51,759 bases of DNA from a virus (lineage: Duplodnaviria > Caudoviricetes): positions 1 to 51,759 of the IMG/VR virus record IMGVR_UViG_3300020045_006775. The stretch is one strand, 5' to 3'. Positions 17,367 to 27,505 of this stretch are shown piece by piece. Made by a program: the position numbers and the translations under genes. Below the pieces are notes generated by a model that was given only the letters and a program-made list of their open reading frames with translations, did not search any database and was not told where the DNA came from. Numbering within the stretch: the stretch's first letter is position 1; the number at the start of each line of letters is the position of its first letter.

Positions 17367-19497
17367 TTACAACTCTTTAGAAGAAATCCTGCTCAGTACC
17401 GCTGACATGGTGCGCCCGCCTGAGCGGCTTACTGTGCATGAGGCTGCAGCGCGTTACGTTTACATCAATTACCCCGGCGCTTACGTTGGTTTTTACAGCA
17501 ACTCGACAGCCCCGTACATGACTGAGCCCCAGGAAATCCTGACATCACGTGATTACACATCGATGGCTTTTGTCGGGCCTGCACGGGCTGGTAAAACCCA
17601 ATTGCTGCTGAACTGGATCGGCTACAGCGCCATTTGTGATCCCGGCGATATGCTCATGGCGCAACCGTCCAAAGATTCAAGCCGGGACTTTTCGATGCGC
17701 GATCTTGACCGGATGATCCGATATTCGCCTGAGGTCAAAAGCCGGATGGTGCAGCGCTTGGACGCTGATAATACGTTCGACAAACATTTTTCGTCGGGCA
17801 TGATCCTGAAATTGTCCTGGCCATCAATCAATGAGTTTTCAGGTAAAACTGTTGGCAGGGGCTGGTTGGCCGACTATGACCGCTTTCCTGAATCAATTGA
17901 TGGTGAGGGCTCAGGCTTCGATTTGCTGAAACGCCGAACTCAGACGTTCAAGCGCAACGGCATGACGGCTGTTGAATCAAGCCCCGGTTTCCCCGTTGAA
18001 AATCCAAAGTGGCAACCGTCAAGCCCCCATGAAGCCCCACCGGCAAAGGGCATCCTCGCACTCTATAACCGGGGTGATCGCAGGCGCTATTACTGGCGCT
18101 GCCCGCATTGCCAAGAGGTTTTCGAGGGTGATTTCAAACATCTGAGCTACCCGAAGACCAAGGATTATGGTGACGCGGCTGCGCAGGCTGTGATGGTTTG
18201 CCCGCATAACGGCTGCATCATTACCCATGATGGTGACGATAAGAACGGCATCCCCGGAAAAAATGAACTAAACCGCCGTGGAAAATGGTTACGTGAGCGC
18301 CAGATTTGGCTACCCGATGGAACGACTAGCGGCGGGATCAAGTCTGATGACATGGCTAGCTTTTGGCTAAAAGGCACAGCGGCAGCGTTCAACACGTGGG
18401 AAAAACTGGTGTTGGACTACCTTAAGGCTGAGGACGAATACGAACGAACGGGTTCCGAAGAAGCTCTTAAAGTCACGATCAACACAGGGCAGGGTTTGCC
18501 GTATTTCTCAAAATTGAACCACGTTGAACGCCTGCCGGAAGAGCTGAAAGCCCGCGCAAAAGATATTGGCGTGCAGGTTGTTCCTGCGGGTGTTCGTTGG
18601 CTAGAGGCTACCGTTGACGTTCAGAAGTCCCGTTTTGTTGTGCAAGTTCACGGGTTCGGCGTCGGCGGTGAAGTGTGGATTGTTGATCGGTTCGACATTC
18701 GGAAATCAAAACGACTTGATGAGGATGGTCACCCGATGGCCGTCAACCCAGCAGCATACCCCGAAGACTGGTTGCTGCTGATCCCGATGATGCAGAAAAC
18801 CTACCCCCTGGCAGATAAGAGTGGGCGTCGAATGATGATCAAACTCACAGCATGCGATTCTGGCGGTGCAGCAAACACTAAAGATAAGACTACGCAAGAG
18901 GGTAGCATTGCGGCAGTCGGTGGTGTTACTGCAAATGCTTACAACTTTTACCGCTACTTACGGAACAACCCTGATGGTGAGCATGACGCAAACTTGTTCC
19001 GCAGGTTCCAGCTTGTGAAGGGGGACAGTAGCAATTCGGCCCCGCGTGTCTCACTGCGCTACCCGGATTCCGAACGCAAGGATCGTCACGCTGGCGCACG
19101 TGGCGAAATTCCAGTGCTGTTTATCAATGGCACAATCCTGAAGGATATGGTTTCGGCTAAACTAGACAGGTCGGACAAAGCTGGATCGGCTGTAAATTTC
19201 CCGGATTGGTTGCCCGATACGTTCTACGCCGAACTGACTGCTGAGGTCCGCACAAACAAAGGCTGGGAAAACCCAAGGAAGCTACGCAATGAGTCCCTGG
19301 ACTTGCTGTGCTATGCTCTAGCCTTGACGCTCACTCATCACATCAATATTGAGCGCCTAGACTGGGACAACCCCCCAAGCTGGGCTGCTGAGTGGGATAA
19401 TAACGATTTAGTTCTGGTTGACGATTCAACCAACAGGTTTGCATCGAAACCAAAAGTTGAATATGATTTACGCGCCCTTGCATCAAAACTTGCATGA
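17359..19497 (+). CDS. terL: Terminase large subunit, lambda gpA family
   Basis: Walker A 'GPARAGKT', 'DYDR', 'ESSP', Zn motif 'CPHC', nuclease 'TVDVQ' and 'RNESLDL..Y'. Confidence 0.95.
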   Translation: MANYNSLEEILLSTADMVRPPERLTVHEAAARYVYINYPGAYVGFYSNSTAPYMTEPQEILTSRDYTSMAFVGPARAGKTQLLLNWIGYSAICDPGDMLMAQPSKDSSRDFSMRDLDRMIRYSPEVKSRMVQRLDADNTFDKHFSSGMILKLSWPSINEFSGKTVGRGWLADYDRFPESIDGEGSGFDLLKRRTQTFKRNGMTAVESSPGFPVENPKWQPSSPHEAPPAKGILALYNRGDRRRYYWRCPHCQEVFEGDFKHLSYPKTKDYGDAAAQAVMVCPHNGCIITHDGDDKNGIPGKNELNRRGKWLRERQIWLPDGTTSGGIKSDDMASFWLKGTAAAFNTWEKLVLDYLKAEDEYERTGSEEALKVTINTGQGLPYFSKLNHVERLPEELKARAKDIGVQVVPAGVRWLEATVDVQKSRFVVQVHGFGVGGEVWIVDRFDIRKSKRLDEDGHPMAVNPAAYPEDWLLLIPMMQKTYPLADKSGRRMMIKLTACDSGGAANTKDKTTQEGSIAAVGGVTANAYNFYRYLRNNPDGEHDANLFRRFQLVKGDSSNSAPRVSLRYPDSERKDRHAGARGEIPVLFINGTILKDMVSAKLDRSDKAGSAVNFPDWLPDTFYAELTAEVRTNKGWENPRKLRNESLDLLCYALALTLTHHINIERLDWDNPPSWAAEWDNNDLVLVDDSTNRFASKPKVEYDLRALASKLA

Positions 19498-19506
19498 AAT
19501 GACAAT

Positions 19507-19734
19507 ATGCCAACACCATCTGAAATCGTAATACTGCAACAGCAACTGCAACAGGCTGCAGCTGCCTACCACAATTTAATGCTGGGTACTCAAGCACGGG
19601 TAATTGTTGATCAGAACGGCGAGCGGGCTGAATTTACTCCCGCCAATGCTGGCCGTTTGATGGCCTATATCCAATCCCTAAAACTGCAACTCGGCCTTGT
19701 TTCAAATCCCGGCCCTATGCGCGTGTGGATGTAA
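19507..19734 (+). CDS. Head-tail joining protein, gpW-like
   Basis: 'AYHNLMLG....IVDQNGERAEFT.AN...L.AYI..L'; lies between terL and portal. Confidence 0.85.
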   Translation: MPTPSEIVILQQQLQQAAAAYHNLMLGTQARVIVDQNGERAEFTPANAGRLMAYIQSLKLQLGLVSNPGPMRVWM

Positions 19735-19736
19735 TC

Positions 19737-21377
19737 ATGGCACTCGATACTGACGCAATTGACCTGCTGGGAGATGCTGCCCAGCCCCAAGCTATCGGTG
19801 GCGCGTTTGAGGGCGCAAGCCGGTATGACCGTGACCTGGCGATGTGGGCACCCGCTTTGCGCTCTGCCGACTTAGACATCTTGCCCGAAAAAGGCCGGAT
19901 GGAAGCCCGTACCCGCGATATTGCCCGGAATGACGCCTATGTTCAGTCTGGGACTGACATCAATCGCGACGGCATCATTGGTGGTGCCTACCTGCTGAAC
20001 GCAAAGCCCGCATTCAAAATTCTCGGATTGGATAGTGAGTGGGCCGAAGCATTCTCAGAAGAAGTCGAGGAAAAATTCACGCTTTATGCGGAGTCGCCGT
20101 CAAATTGGATTGACGCCAGCCGCATGAATACGCTCACCGAATTGCTGCGCTTGGCGATTGGAGTCCACACCATTTCCGGTGAAATCCTCGCCACTGCAGA
20201 ATGGATGCGTGAGACAAACCGCTCATACGCAACCGCAATCCAAATGGTTGATCTTGACCGCCTGAGTAACCCGAACGGGCAGGCCGACGATCAGTTTATG
20301 CGCGGTGGCATTGAGCGTAACAAATTCGGTGCGCCGGTTGCTGCCCATATCCAAATGGCGCACCCAAGTGATTACACCGCTGGCGCAGATTCCTACACGT
20401 GGAAGCGTGTCCCAATGACGAAGCCTTGGGGCCGTCAGCAGGTGATCCACATTTTTGAACAGAATCGCCCGGATCAAAGCCGTGGGATCAGCTCAATGGT
20501 GGCCGCTCTCAAGGAAATGAAAATCACGAAAAAGTTCCGTGACGTTACGTTGCAGAACGCCGTGGTCAACGCGACTTATGCCGCCAGTATCGAATCTGAT
20601 TTGCCGCCTGAAGTGGCTATGGCGGCTATGGGTGGTGGGCAGGTTGACCCCCGCGCCATCACGAATTACGCGGCGTCATACCTGGGGGCTGTATCCGAAT
20701 ACTCAGGCAACAGCCGGAACATGCACATTGACGGGGTAAAAATCCCCCACTTCTTTCCTGGAACACGCTTGCAACTTCGCCCCGCTGGCACTCCTGGCGG
20801 TGTAGGTACTGAATTTGAAACATCACTCTTGCGCTACATCGCGGCGTCCCTTGGTGTGTCATATGAAGAGCTGAGCCGGGATTTTTCCAAGACGAATTAC
20901 TCTAGCGCCCGCGCTGCGATGAATAATACTTGGAAGCACCTATCTGCCAAAAAGAAAGTGGTTGCCGATAAAATGGCATCACTGGCTTACCGGCTTTGGC
21001 TGGAAGAGGCTTTGAATAAGGGCACGATTAAATCCGCCCCGAAGAACGCCGTTGACCTTTGGTACGCCTCACCCGAAAACGCTGATGCCCTGGCACGCTG
21101 CGAATGGCTTGGCGCAAACCGTGGTCAGATTGACGAACTCAAAGAGACGCAAGCCGCCGTTCTGCGCCTCAAGTACAATCTAAGCACCAAAGAAGACGAA
21201 TTGGGACGCCTTGGGAAAGATTGGCGCAAAGTCGCACTGCAACGTCAGCGCGAAAACAGATTAGATGCAGAATACGGCTTGGTGAATGAGGAATCAAACG
21301 CCATAAATGCTGCATCTGGGGCTGTGCAAGAGCGCAGTGCCAAGGGTACAAAGAATGACGGAACAAGCGGAAATTAA
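19737..21377 (+). CDS. Portal protein, lambda family
   Basis: 'R.RD..RND', 'RPDQSRGIS', 'LGVSYEELSRDFSKTNYSSARA', 'ID.LKE'. Confidence 0.95.
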   Translation: MALDTDAIDLLGDAAQPQAIGGAFEGASRYDRDLAMWAPALRSADLDILPEKGRMEARTRDIARNDAYVQSGTDINRDGIIGGAYLLNAKPAFKILGLDSEWAEAFSEEVEEKFTLYAESPSNWIDASRMNTLTELLRLAIGVHTISGEILATAEWMRETNRSYATAIQMVDLDRLSNPNGQADDQFMRGGIERNKFGAPVAAHIQMAHPSDYTAGADSYTWKRVPMTKPWGRQQVIHIFEQNRPDQSRGISSMVAALKEMKITKKFRDVTLQNAVVNATYAASIESDLPPEVAMAAMGGGQVDPRAITNYAASYLGAVSEYSGNSRNMHIDGVKIPHFFPGTRLQLRPAGTPGGVGTEFETSLLRYIAASLGVSYEELSRDFSKTNYSSARAAMNNTWKHLSAKKKVVADKMASLAYRLWLEEALNKGTIKSAPKNAVDLWYASPENADALARCEWLGANRGQIDELKETQAAVLRLKYNLSTKEDELGRLGKDWRKVALQRQRENRLDAEYGLVNEESNAINAASGAVQERSAKGTKNDGTSGN

Positions 21378-21379
21378 AA

Positions 21380-22660
21380 ATGAGTGATCCACTTTTGGCC
21401 CGGTTTTCGGGCGTACCAGTAATTGCATGCCAAGACCACGCTGAATTATTCTCGGCGTCTCTGCAGGGTGCGGTTGCGCATATTGATTACCCCAAGCTGC
21501 AGGCAAATCAGGCTTGCGGGGATGATGATTTCTGGCCCACCGATGAGGACGATTACATGTCCCGCTTCCGCCCGTATGTGGTGAAAGATGGCATCCTGGT
21601 TATCCCGGTGAAGGGCGCTCTGATCCACAATTTCGGCTACACGTTTTACGGGTATGTGACGGGCTACGAATACATCAAGCGGGCGTTTGAGCGCGGCATG
21701 GCCGATTACAACGTCCGAGGTATTGCCCTTGATGTCGAAAGCCCTGGCGGCGAGGTTGCCGGGAATTTCGATCTTGTTGACCTGATGTATTCCTACCGTG
21801 GGCAGAAGCCGATTGCCGGGTTTGCCAATGAGTATGCTTACTCTGCCGCCTATAGCATCCTGTCTGTCGCCGACAAAATCTATGTCAGCAGGACGGGCGG
21901 CGTCGGCAGTATCGGGGTTGTAACCTCACATTGCGATGCAAGTAAGGCTATGGAACAGCGCGGGCTTGCAATCACCTTTGTTTTCGCAGGAAAGCACAAG
22001 GTTGACGGCAATCAGTATGAGCCCCTTGCACCAGGGGTTAAGAGCCGGATTCAAAGCCGCATTGATGCGTTGTACAATATATTCGTCTCAATCGTCGCAC
22101 GTAACCGTGGGATAGATGAGAAAGCCGTTCGGGATACGGAGGCGTTGACCTACACGGCTGACGAATCAATTTCCGTGGGGTTGGCGGATGCTGTCGCATC
22201 TTATGACAGTGCTATGATTGAGTTTTCAACCGAAGTTAAAAAGTCGAAAGGACTTGAAATGAGTAGTAATAAACCCGCTGAGCCAGCAGCAGAATCCTTC
22301 TCTAAGGGTGATGTTGACGCGGCTCGTTCTGCCGGTCAGGCCGCTGGTGCCACCGCCGAACGCGAGCGCATCAAGGGTATTTGCGGCTCCGATGCTGGCA
22401 AAACCCGTGCTGCAACCGCTTTCCACCTTGCGATGAATACCAACCTGTCGGTTGAAGAAGCCGCTGGAATTCTGGCTATCATGCCCGAAGAAAAGCCTGC
22501 TGCGTCTGCCGCTGGTAACGGTGCATTCGCCGCTGCAATGGCAAAGGGCAATCCTGAAGTCGGTTCTGGTGCAAGCGCCAAGTCCGATGCGCCTGAAGCA
22601 TCAACGTCTGCCAGCATCCTGGCCGATTTCCGCGCCGCTGGTGGCGCTTCCAAGAAGTAA
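21380..22660 (+). CDS. Prohead protease S49 with C-terminal scaffold (gpC/Nu3-like)
   Basis: 'LDVESPGG', 'AYSAAY', 'GSIGVV', 'GKHK'; possible internal scaffold start 'MSSNK' at 22259 behind AAAGGA. Confidence 0.9.
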   Translation: MSDPLLARFSGVPVIACQDHAELFSASLQGAVAHIDYPKLQANQACGDDDFWPTDEDDYMSRFRPYVVKDGILVIPVKGALIHNFGYTFYGYVTGYEYIKRAFERGMADYNVRGIALDVESPGGEVAGNFDLVDLMYSYRGQKPIAGFANEYAYSAAYSILSVADKIYVSRTGGVGSIGVVTSHCDASKAMEQRGLAITFVFAGKHKVDGNQYEPLAPGVKSRIQSRIDALYNIFVSIVARNRGIDEKAVRDTEALTYTADESISVGLADAVASYDSAMIEFSTEVKKSKGLEMSSNKPAEPAAESFSKGDVDAARSAGQAAGATAERERIKGICGSDAGKTRAATAFHLAMNTNLSVEEAAGILAIMPEEKPAASAAGNGAFAAAMAKGNPEVGSGASAKSDAPEASTSASILADFRAAGGASKK

Positions 22661-22675
22661 TCGAGGGTTCCGAAA

Positions 22676-23062
22676 ATGAACATTTCTTTTGATGATGTGG
22701 GTTTGGCATCTGTTGCCGTTGACTCATATACGGTTGTCCAGTTTGTAACTGGCGACACCCCTCCCGCTGTGACGACTCCCGAAGTCGCTGCAGTTGCCCT
22801 GGCCGCTCGCACCGTGGTCGCCCGCGATGGCGCAGGTCTGCTGATCGCAGCTTCTGTCACCGCTGGCGTTTCTAATGCGATTGGCTTCACTTCGGTGGCT
22901 GTCGATCCCGCTGTCGGCACTGGCAAAGTGAGCGTGGTCCGCGCTGGGACGTATAATCCTGCAGCATTGGTGTGGGACGCGTCTTTCACGACTGATGCAC
23001 TCAAGCGTACCGCGTTTGAGCCAAAGGGCGTGCAGATTTTCATGCGCAAGCCCTTGTTCTAA
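22676..23062 (+). CDS. Head decoration protein (gpD-like)
   Basis: 'GTYNPAALVW'; lies between protease and capsid genes. Confidence 0.8.
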   Translation: MNISFDDVGLASVAVDSYTVVQFVTGDTPPAVTTPEVAAVALAARTVVARDGAGLLIAASVTAGVSNAIGFTSVAVDPAVGTGKVSVVRAGTYNPAALVWDASFTTDALKRTAFEPKGVQIFMRKPLF

Positions 23063-23088
23063 ACCCTTGAAAATTAGGAGTATTCAAA

Positions 23089-24129
23089 ATGACGATTGTT
23101 CACCAGCTCTATGACACTGCCACCCTGCTTGGCGTGTACAAAGAGATGCCCGAAGCCAGCAACTATTGGCTCACTCTGCTGTTTCCCACAGCAGTCACGT
23201 TTGACAGCGAATTCATTGATTTTGAAAAGCTGTCAAAGGGCCGCAAGTTGGCCCCGTTCGTGGCACCGACTGCGCAGGGTCGGCCCATCTATTCTGAAGG
23301 CTCAAATGTTACGCGATTCAAACCCGCTTACATCAAGCCCAAGGATGCTGTGAGCCCCTCCCGCGTGTTCAAACGCCTGCCCGGCCAGATGCTTGACCCT
23401 ACCGCTGGTAGCCCCCTTGCGCGTTACAACGCAATCGTGGCTGACATCCTGGCCGAACATCGCTCTGCCATCGAACGTCGCTGGGAATGGCTCGCCGCTC
23501 AAGCCGCGATCAATGGCACTGTGACAATCGAAGACGAAGACTCCCCTGCCCGTGTCGTCGATTTCCAGCGCGATAGCGGCCACACGGTTGTGCTGTCTGG
23601 AACGGCCCGCTGGGGTCAGTCGGCATGCGACATTATGGGGAACATCGAAGCCTGGCGCACCAAGGTTCGTCTGGCCAAGTTTGGTGGTCCTACCAACCGC
23701 CTGACCGTCTCCCCAGACGTGTGGGACATCATGCGCAAAGATGCAGGCGTGCTGAAGCAGTTGGACACCACTCTGCGCGGATCGACCGCCAACCTGAACA
23801 CGGGTGTGCGTGAAGGTGATCTGGTTGAATACGTGGGCATGCTTTCGGGCACCCTGGCCGTGTACGTGTACAGCGACTACTACGAACTGCCTAACGGCAC
23901 CGCAGTGCCGTACATGCCCGCTGGCACGGTTGTTCTGTCTGGCCCCAATGTGCAGGGTGTTCGCGCTTTCGGTGCAATCGTTGATAAGAAAGCCAATTTT
24001 GCGGCTGTCAGCGTGTTCCCGAAAATGTGGGAACAGGAAGACCCTTCTGCCACGTTCGTGATGTCGCAGTCTGCACCTCTGATGGTGCCTGTGAATCCGA
24101 ACAACACGCTGAAAGCCTCAGTCCTGTAA
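23089..24129 (+). CDS. Major capsid protein, lambda gpE family
   Basis: 'LAPFVAP', 'FKPAYIKPK', 'RRWEWLAAQA', 'MSQSAPL'; strong AGGAG RBS. Confidence 0.95.
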   Translation: MTIVHQLYDTATLLGVYKEMPEASNYWLTLLFPTAVTFDSEFIDFEKLSKGRKLAPFVAPTAQGRPIYSEGSNVTRFKPAYIKPKDAVSPSRVFKRLPGQMLDPTAGSPLARYNAIVADILAEHRSAIERRWEWLAAQAAINGTVTIEDEDSPARVVDFQRDSGHTVVLSGTARWGQSACDIMGNIEAWRTKVRLAKFGGPTNRLTVSPDVWDIMRKDAGVLKQLDTTLRGSTANLNTGVREGDLVEYVGMLSGTLAVYVYSDYYELPNGTAVPYMPAGTVVLSGPNVQGVRAFGAIVDKKANFAAVSVFPKMWEQEDPSATFVMSQSAPLMVPVNPNNTLKASVL

Positions 24130-24149
24130 TCGCAGACTGAGTTAGAATC

Positions 24150-24187
24150 AAAGCCCCTGAATCCGGTAATCGGACCAGGGGCTTTTT
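24150..24187 (+). terminator. Terminator after capsid gene
   Basis: AAAGCCCCTG...CAGGGGCTTTTT. Confidence 0.75.
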
Positions 24188-24208
24188 AACGTCAAAGGAA
24201 TTTACAAA

Positions 24209-24436
24209 ATGGCACTCGTCAAAGCGCTTTGCACCGTCATCAAACCCGGCAAATCCGGGAAACTCGACACCATCAACCCCGGCGAAGAGTTCGAGTCGTT
24301 TGAAGCCGAACTGGCTGATCTGATCAAGCTCAATGCCGTAACGGTGTTGTCGGAAGACTCACCCGAACCTGTTGCTACGAAACGCGGACGGCCAGCCAAG
24401 GTTGACGCCGATCTGGTCCAAGAGCCCCTGGTGTAA
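24209..24436 (+). CDS. Small capsid-adjacent protein (gpFI position)
   Basis: 75 aa, AAGGA RBS, AT-hook-like 'KRGRP'. Confidence 0.7.
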   Translation: MALVKALCTVIKPGKSGKLDTINPGEEFESFEAELADLIKLNAVTVLSEDSPEPVATKRGRPAKVDADLVQEPLV

Positions 24437-24438
24437 TC

Positions 24439-24840
24439 ATGGGCTGGCGTGATCAAAAGCGCGTGGCACGAAATGCCGTGCATGACACGATGGCGCTGCC
24501 GTGCTGGCATATCCCGTTCTCGCCAGCCCCGCCCGCATTAAAACGTGGGCGGCTGCACACCATTCGGGTGACACCGAAAAATTCAGCTATCGGCGATCTG
24601 GACAGCCAAGGCTACGCGCAAATCGAAACCGACCAGCTAAGGTTAGTGTTTATGCGCGCCGAAGTTGACCCGAAGCGGAATGATGTTTTCATTTTTGCCC
24701 AGGATGAGGCGTATCGGGTTCAACCTGAGCGTCCTTTCGATGATCAGACGGTCACCGTGAAGGTCGTGAAACTGGACCAATCTGATCTGGTGCAGTTGCT
24801 GGCCACGATTGTCCCAGCTTTAGAGTTCTTCCCGATATGA
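24439..24840 (+). CDS. Head-tail joining protein (gpFII position)
   Basis: Synteny and size; beta-rich sequence. Confidence 0.6.
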   Translation: MGWRDQKRVARNAVHDTMALPCWHIPFSPAPPALKRGRLHTIRVTPKNSAIGDLDSQGYAQIETDQLRLVFMRAEVDPKRNDVFIFAQDEAYRVQPERPFDDQTVTVKVVKLDQSDLVQLLATIVPALEFFPI

Positions 24841-25487
24841 ACGATTATGAATTTGAAATTGGGAACCCTGATGCCGGTGGTGTTGGGAAGCTGATCAGTA
24901 TTGGCGGCTCGGGCGGGTCAGCTAAAGATGCTGTCGATAAGTGGATTTCGATGGCTCTGAACAAAGCCGCTGACCGGGCTAGAACGCTCGCCGCTCGCCA
25001 AATTGCCGCCGAAGTGAACCTGGCACCATCCTACATCAACGACAAACTTAAGGTCACCCAGCGGGCGACGAAAACAAACCCTGAAGCCCACATCAAGGGG
25101 AGCTATCGGCCAACGTCATTGGCTCGATATGCAACCTCGAAAGACGTTGAGCGATCCCGTAAATCGGGAGGGGTGTCGGTTCAGGTTCAACCTGGAAGCG
25201 CAAAATTCATAAAAGGGGCATTCCTTATCCCGTTAAAATCTGGGCAAGGCCCGGACGCCGGGATGGGGAATATCGGCTTGGCGATTAGACTCAAGCCGGG
25301 CAGCGCGGTGAAAAATAAAAAGAAGTACATGGCGAAGTTGGCGGGCGACCTATACCTGCTTTACGGCCCATCTGTGCAGCAGACTTTCATCAACAACGCC
25401 GGTTCTGGGGCCGGTCAAGATATAAGCCAACGGGCGCTTGATATACTTGCCGAAGAATTCTTACGACTATCCGCACTGGAACTGTAA
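24837..25487 (+). CDS. Minor tail/neck protein, gpZ-like
   Basis: 'ALNKAA.RART', 'LLYGPSVQQ'. Confidence 0.75.
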   Translation: MNDYEFEIGNPDAGGVGKLISIGGSGGSAKDAVDKWISMALNKAADRARTLAARQIAAEVNLAPSYINDKLKVTQRATKTNPEAHIKGSYRPTSLARYATSKDVERSRKSGGVSVQVQPGSAKFIKGAFLIPLKSGQGPDAGMGNIGLAIRLKPGSAVKNKKKYMAKLAGDLYLLYGPSVQQTFINNAGSGAGQDISQRALDILAEEFLRLSALEL

Positions 25488-25987
25488 TGACATACGACAA
25501 ACCTTTCAAATTGCGCGTAATGCATGCGCTAACCGACGCACTCAAGCAAATCACTCCGGCAAACGGTTACAAGCACGATCTTTCTGCCAGTGTTTTCCGT
25601 GGCAGAAAGTTGTTTGGGGAGGACGACCCTATACCAATGGTGTCGATCCTTGAAGCTGAGTTGCCTGTCGCAACATCTGCCCCTGGCCGGGATAGCGGGT
25701 TGCAAAAGGGTTCCTGGCCGTTGCTAATTCAGGGGTTTACTCACGATGACCATGTGAATCCGACTGATCCGGCATACCTTTTGATGGCGGATGTGCAGCA
25801 ACGACTCGCCGGGCTTCGCAGGCCAGCACGGGGCAGTGCTATACTCGACATGCAGGGACGGGTCACGGAAATAAAGATTGGGCAGGGCATCGTTCGACCC
25901 CCCGATAATGGCGAGTCAGACAAGGCATATTTTTGGCTGACGTTAACGCTTGACCTTGCCGAAAACCTCGAAACGCCATACGAATGA
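25487..25987 (+). CDS. Tail terminator-like protein
   Basis: 'LK.ITPANGY..DL...VFRGR..FG..DP.P'; directly precedes the tail tube gene. Confidence 0.7.
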   Translation: MTYDKPFKLRVMHALTDALKQITPANGYKHDLSASVFRGRKLFGEDDPIPMVSILEAELPVATSAPGRDSGLQKGSWPLLIQGFTHDDHVNPTDPAYLLMADVQQRLAGLRRPARGSAILDMQGRVTEIKIGQGIVRPPDNGESDKAYFWLTLTLDLAENLETPYE

Positions 25988-25996
25988 TGGCTGGCG

Positions 25997-26015
25997 TTTC
26001 AACCTGCAGATGAAA
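25997..26015. promoter_or_regulatory. Operator-like dyad upstream of tail tube gene
   Basis: TTTCAAC-CTGCA-GATGAAA followed by another TTTCAAC half-site. Confidence 0.5.
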
Positions 26016-26037
26016 TTTCAACTTTTAGGAGTCATGC

Positions 26038-26823
26038 ATGTCGGACAATAATTACACCCTTGGGCGTGGTGAGCTTTTCTTCGGGAAGTTCAAGACGGGA
26101 ACCCAAGCCTCCGTTGGCGAATATTACTTTGGTGACACCAAGGAACTGTCGCTGACGACTTCAAGCGAAACCTTGGACCATTTTTCCAGTGATTATGGAA
26201 TGAAGGAGAAGGACGCGACGGTAACGCTGCAGACTACCCGCTCTGGTGCATTCAAGACGGAATCGATCAAGCCTGAAAACCTGTCGTTTTTCTTCTTGGG
26301 GACCAAGGAAATCGTTGCAACGGTGGCTGCTGCTTCCCAAACTTCGATTATCGCGCCAGCCGACGTTGTGCAGGGTTACACCTACCAGCTGGGTGTTTCC
26401 GCCGCCAATCCCTCGGGCATCAACAAGGTGGATACTGTCGTTGTCAAAAACACGATCACCCCTACCACGATTTATGCTTTGAATGTGGATTACTCTGTTG
26501 ATCCCGGTACTGGCCGCGTCACGGTGCTTGAGGGTGGGGCCATCACGGACGGCACTGGTATCACGATTGGATTCGGAATCGCTGCCAGTTCCCGTAGTCG
26601 CATCATTTCGGGCAATCAGGTGATTGAAGGCGCTCTGCGCTACATTTCACACAATGCCCAGGGTGAGCAGCGCAACTATTTCATGCCCCGCGTCAAGATT
26701 ACCCCGGATGGCGATTTCGCACTCAAGGGGGATACCTGGCAGGAACTCGGATTCAAGATTGAAATCTTGAAGAAGACTGGCCTGGAAGCCATTTATTGCG
26801 ATGGCGCTCCTTACACCCCTTAA
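26038..26823 (+). CDS. Major tail (tube) protein
   Basis: 'NYTLGRGELFF', 'GALRYIS.N..G', 'GDFALKGD.WQ'; AGGAG RBS; synteny. Confidence 0.85.
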   Translation: MSDNNYTLGRGELFFGKFKTGTQASVGEYYFGDTKELSLTTSSETLDHFSSDYGMKEKDATVTLQTTRSGAFKTESIKPENLSFFFLGTKEIVATVAAASQTSIIAPADVVQGYTYQLGVSAANPSGINKVDTVVVKNTITPTTIYALNVDYSVDPGTGRVTVLEGGAITDGTGITIGFGIAASSRSRIISGNQVIEGALRYISHNAQGEQRNYFMPRVKITPDGDFALKGDTWQELGFKIEILKKTGLEAIYCDGAPYTP

Positions 26824-26840
26824 CCTGATCGGACGGACAA

Positions 26841-27266
26841 ATGAGTAAATTTTTTGTCCCGTCCCTGACGCTTGAAGTCCCTGGTACGGACTTCAAGCTT
26901 AAGGTTCGCGGGTTATCCTTTAATCACATGGTTGCGTTGGTTGCTGATCATAAGGCTCTGCTGATTGATCTGTATAAGCAGCTCACCGAAAAACAGACTT
27001 TCTCGGACGGCGATATTGGATCGCTTATGAGTGAGCTGATTTGCGAGGCACCCGGATTGGTGGCTCATGCGATTGCCCTGTCTGCGGGCATGCCTGATGA
27101 GAAGAAAGAGTTTGAAGACCTTCCGTTTACCGTGCAGCTTGAAGCTCTTGAAGCCATTTTTACCCTGACTTTCGGGCGGGCAGGTGGCGGAAAAAAATTC
27201 GTGGAAATGGCAACCAGGATAGCAAACAGCCTGACGGCTCAGGTGAAGAACCTGACGAAAGCCTAA
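26841..27266 (+). CDS. Tail assembly chaperone (gpG-like)
   Basis: Lies between tail tube and tape measure; slippery A7 run at 27191-27197. Confidence 0.8.
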   Translation: MSKFFVPSLTLEVPGTDFKLKVRGLSFNHMVALVADHKALLIDLYKQLTEKQTFSDGDIGSLMSELICEAPGLVAHAIALSAGMPDEKKEFEDLPFTVQLEALEAIFTLTFGRAGGGKKFVEMATRIANSLTAQVKNLTKA

Positions 27267-27505
27267 ACGGTTGGATGTGGGCGTTCCGGCGCAAGATTAG
27301 CTTGCTGCTGGAACACGGCCATCCCGAAGCCCGCGACTATCCTGCGGGTATGGTTACAGATGAGGTTGAATTGATTGTTGATAGAATCAATCAATCGACG
27401 GTGACAAATACCGTTTTAATGCAGCTCGCCGTTGGCTCAATTCTGTCGAAAGAAGCCGGTGCTGCACTTTCCAAAGTGATCAAGGGTTTGCAGGATGGCC
27501 AATAA
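27191..27505 (+). CDS. Frameshift extension of tail chaperone (gpT-like)
   Basis: The -1 frame is open without stops from the A AAA AAA site through ORF 27275..27505. Confidence 0.75.
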   Translation, partial: KKIRGNGNQDSKQPDGSGEEPDESLNGWMWAFRRKISLLLEHGHPEARDYPAGMVTDEVELIVDRINQSTVTNTVLMQLAVGSILSKEAGAALSKVIKGLQDGQ

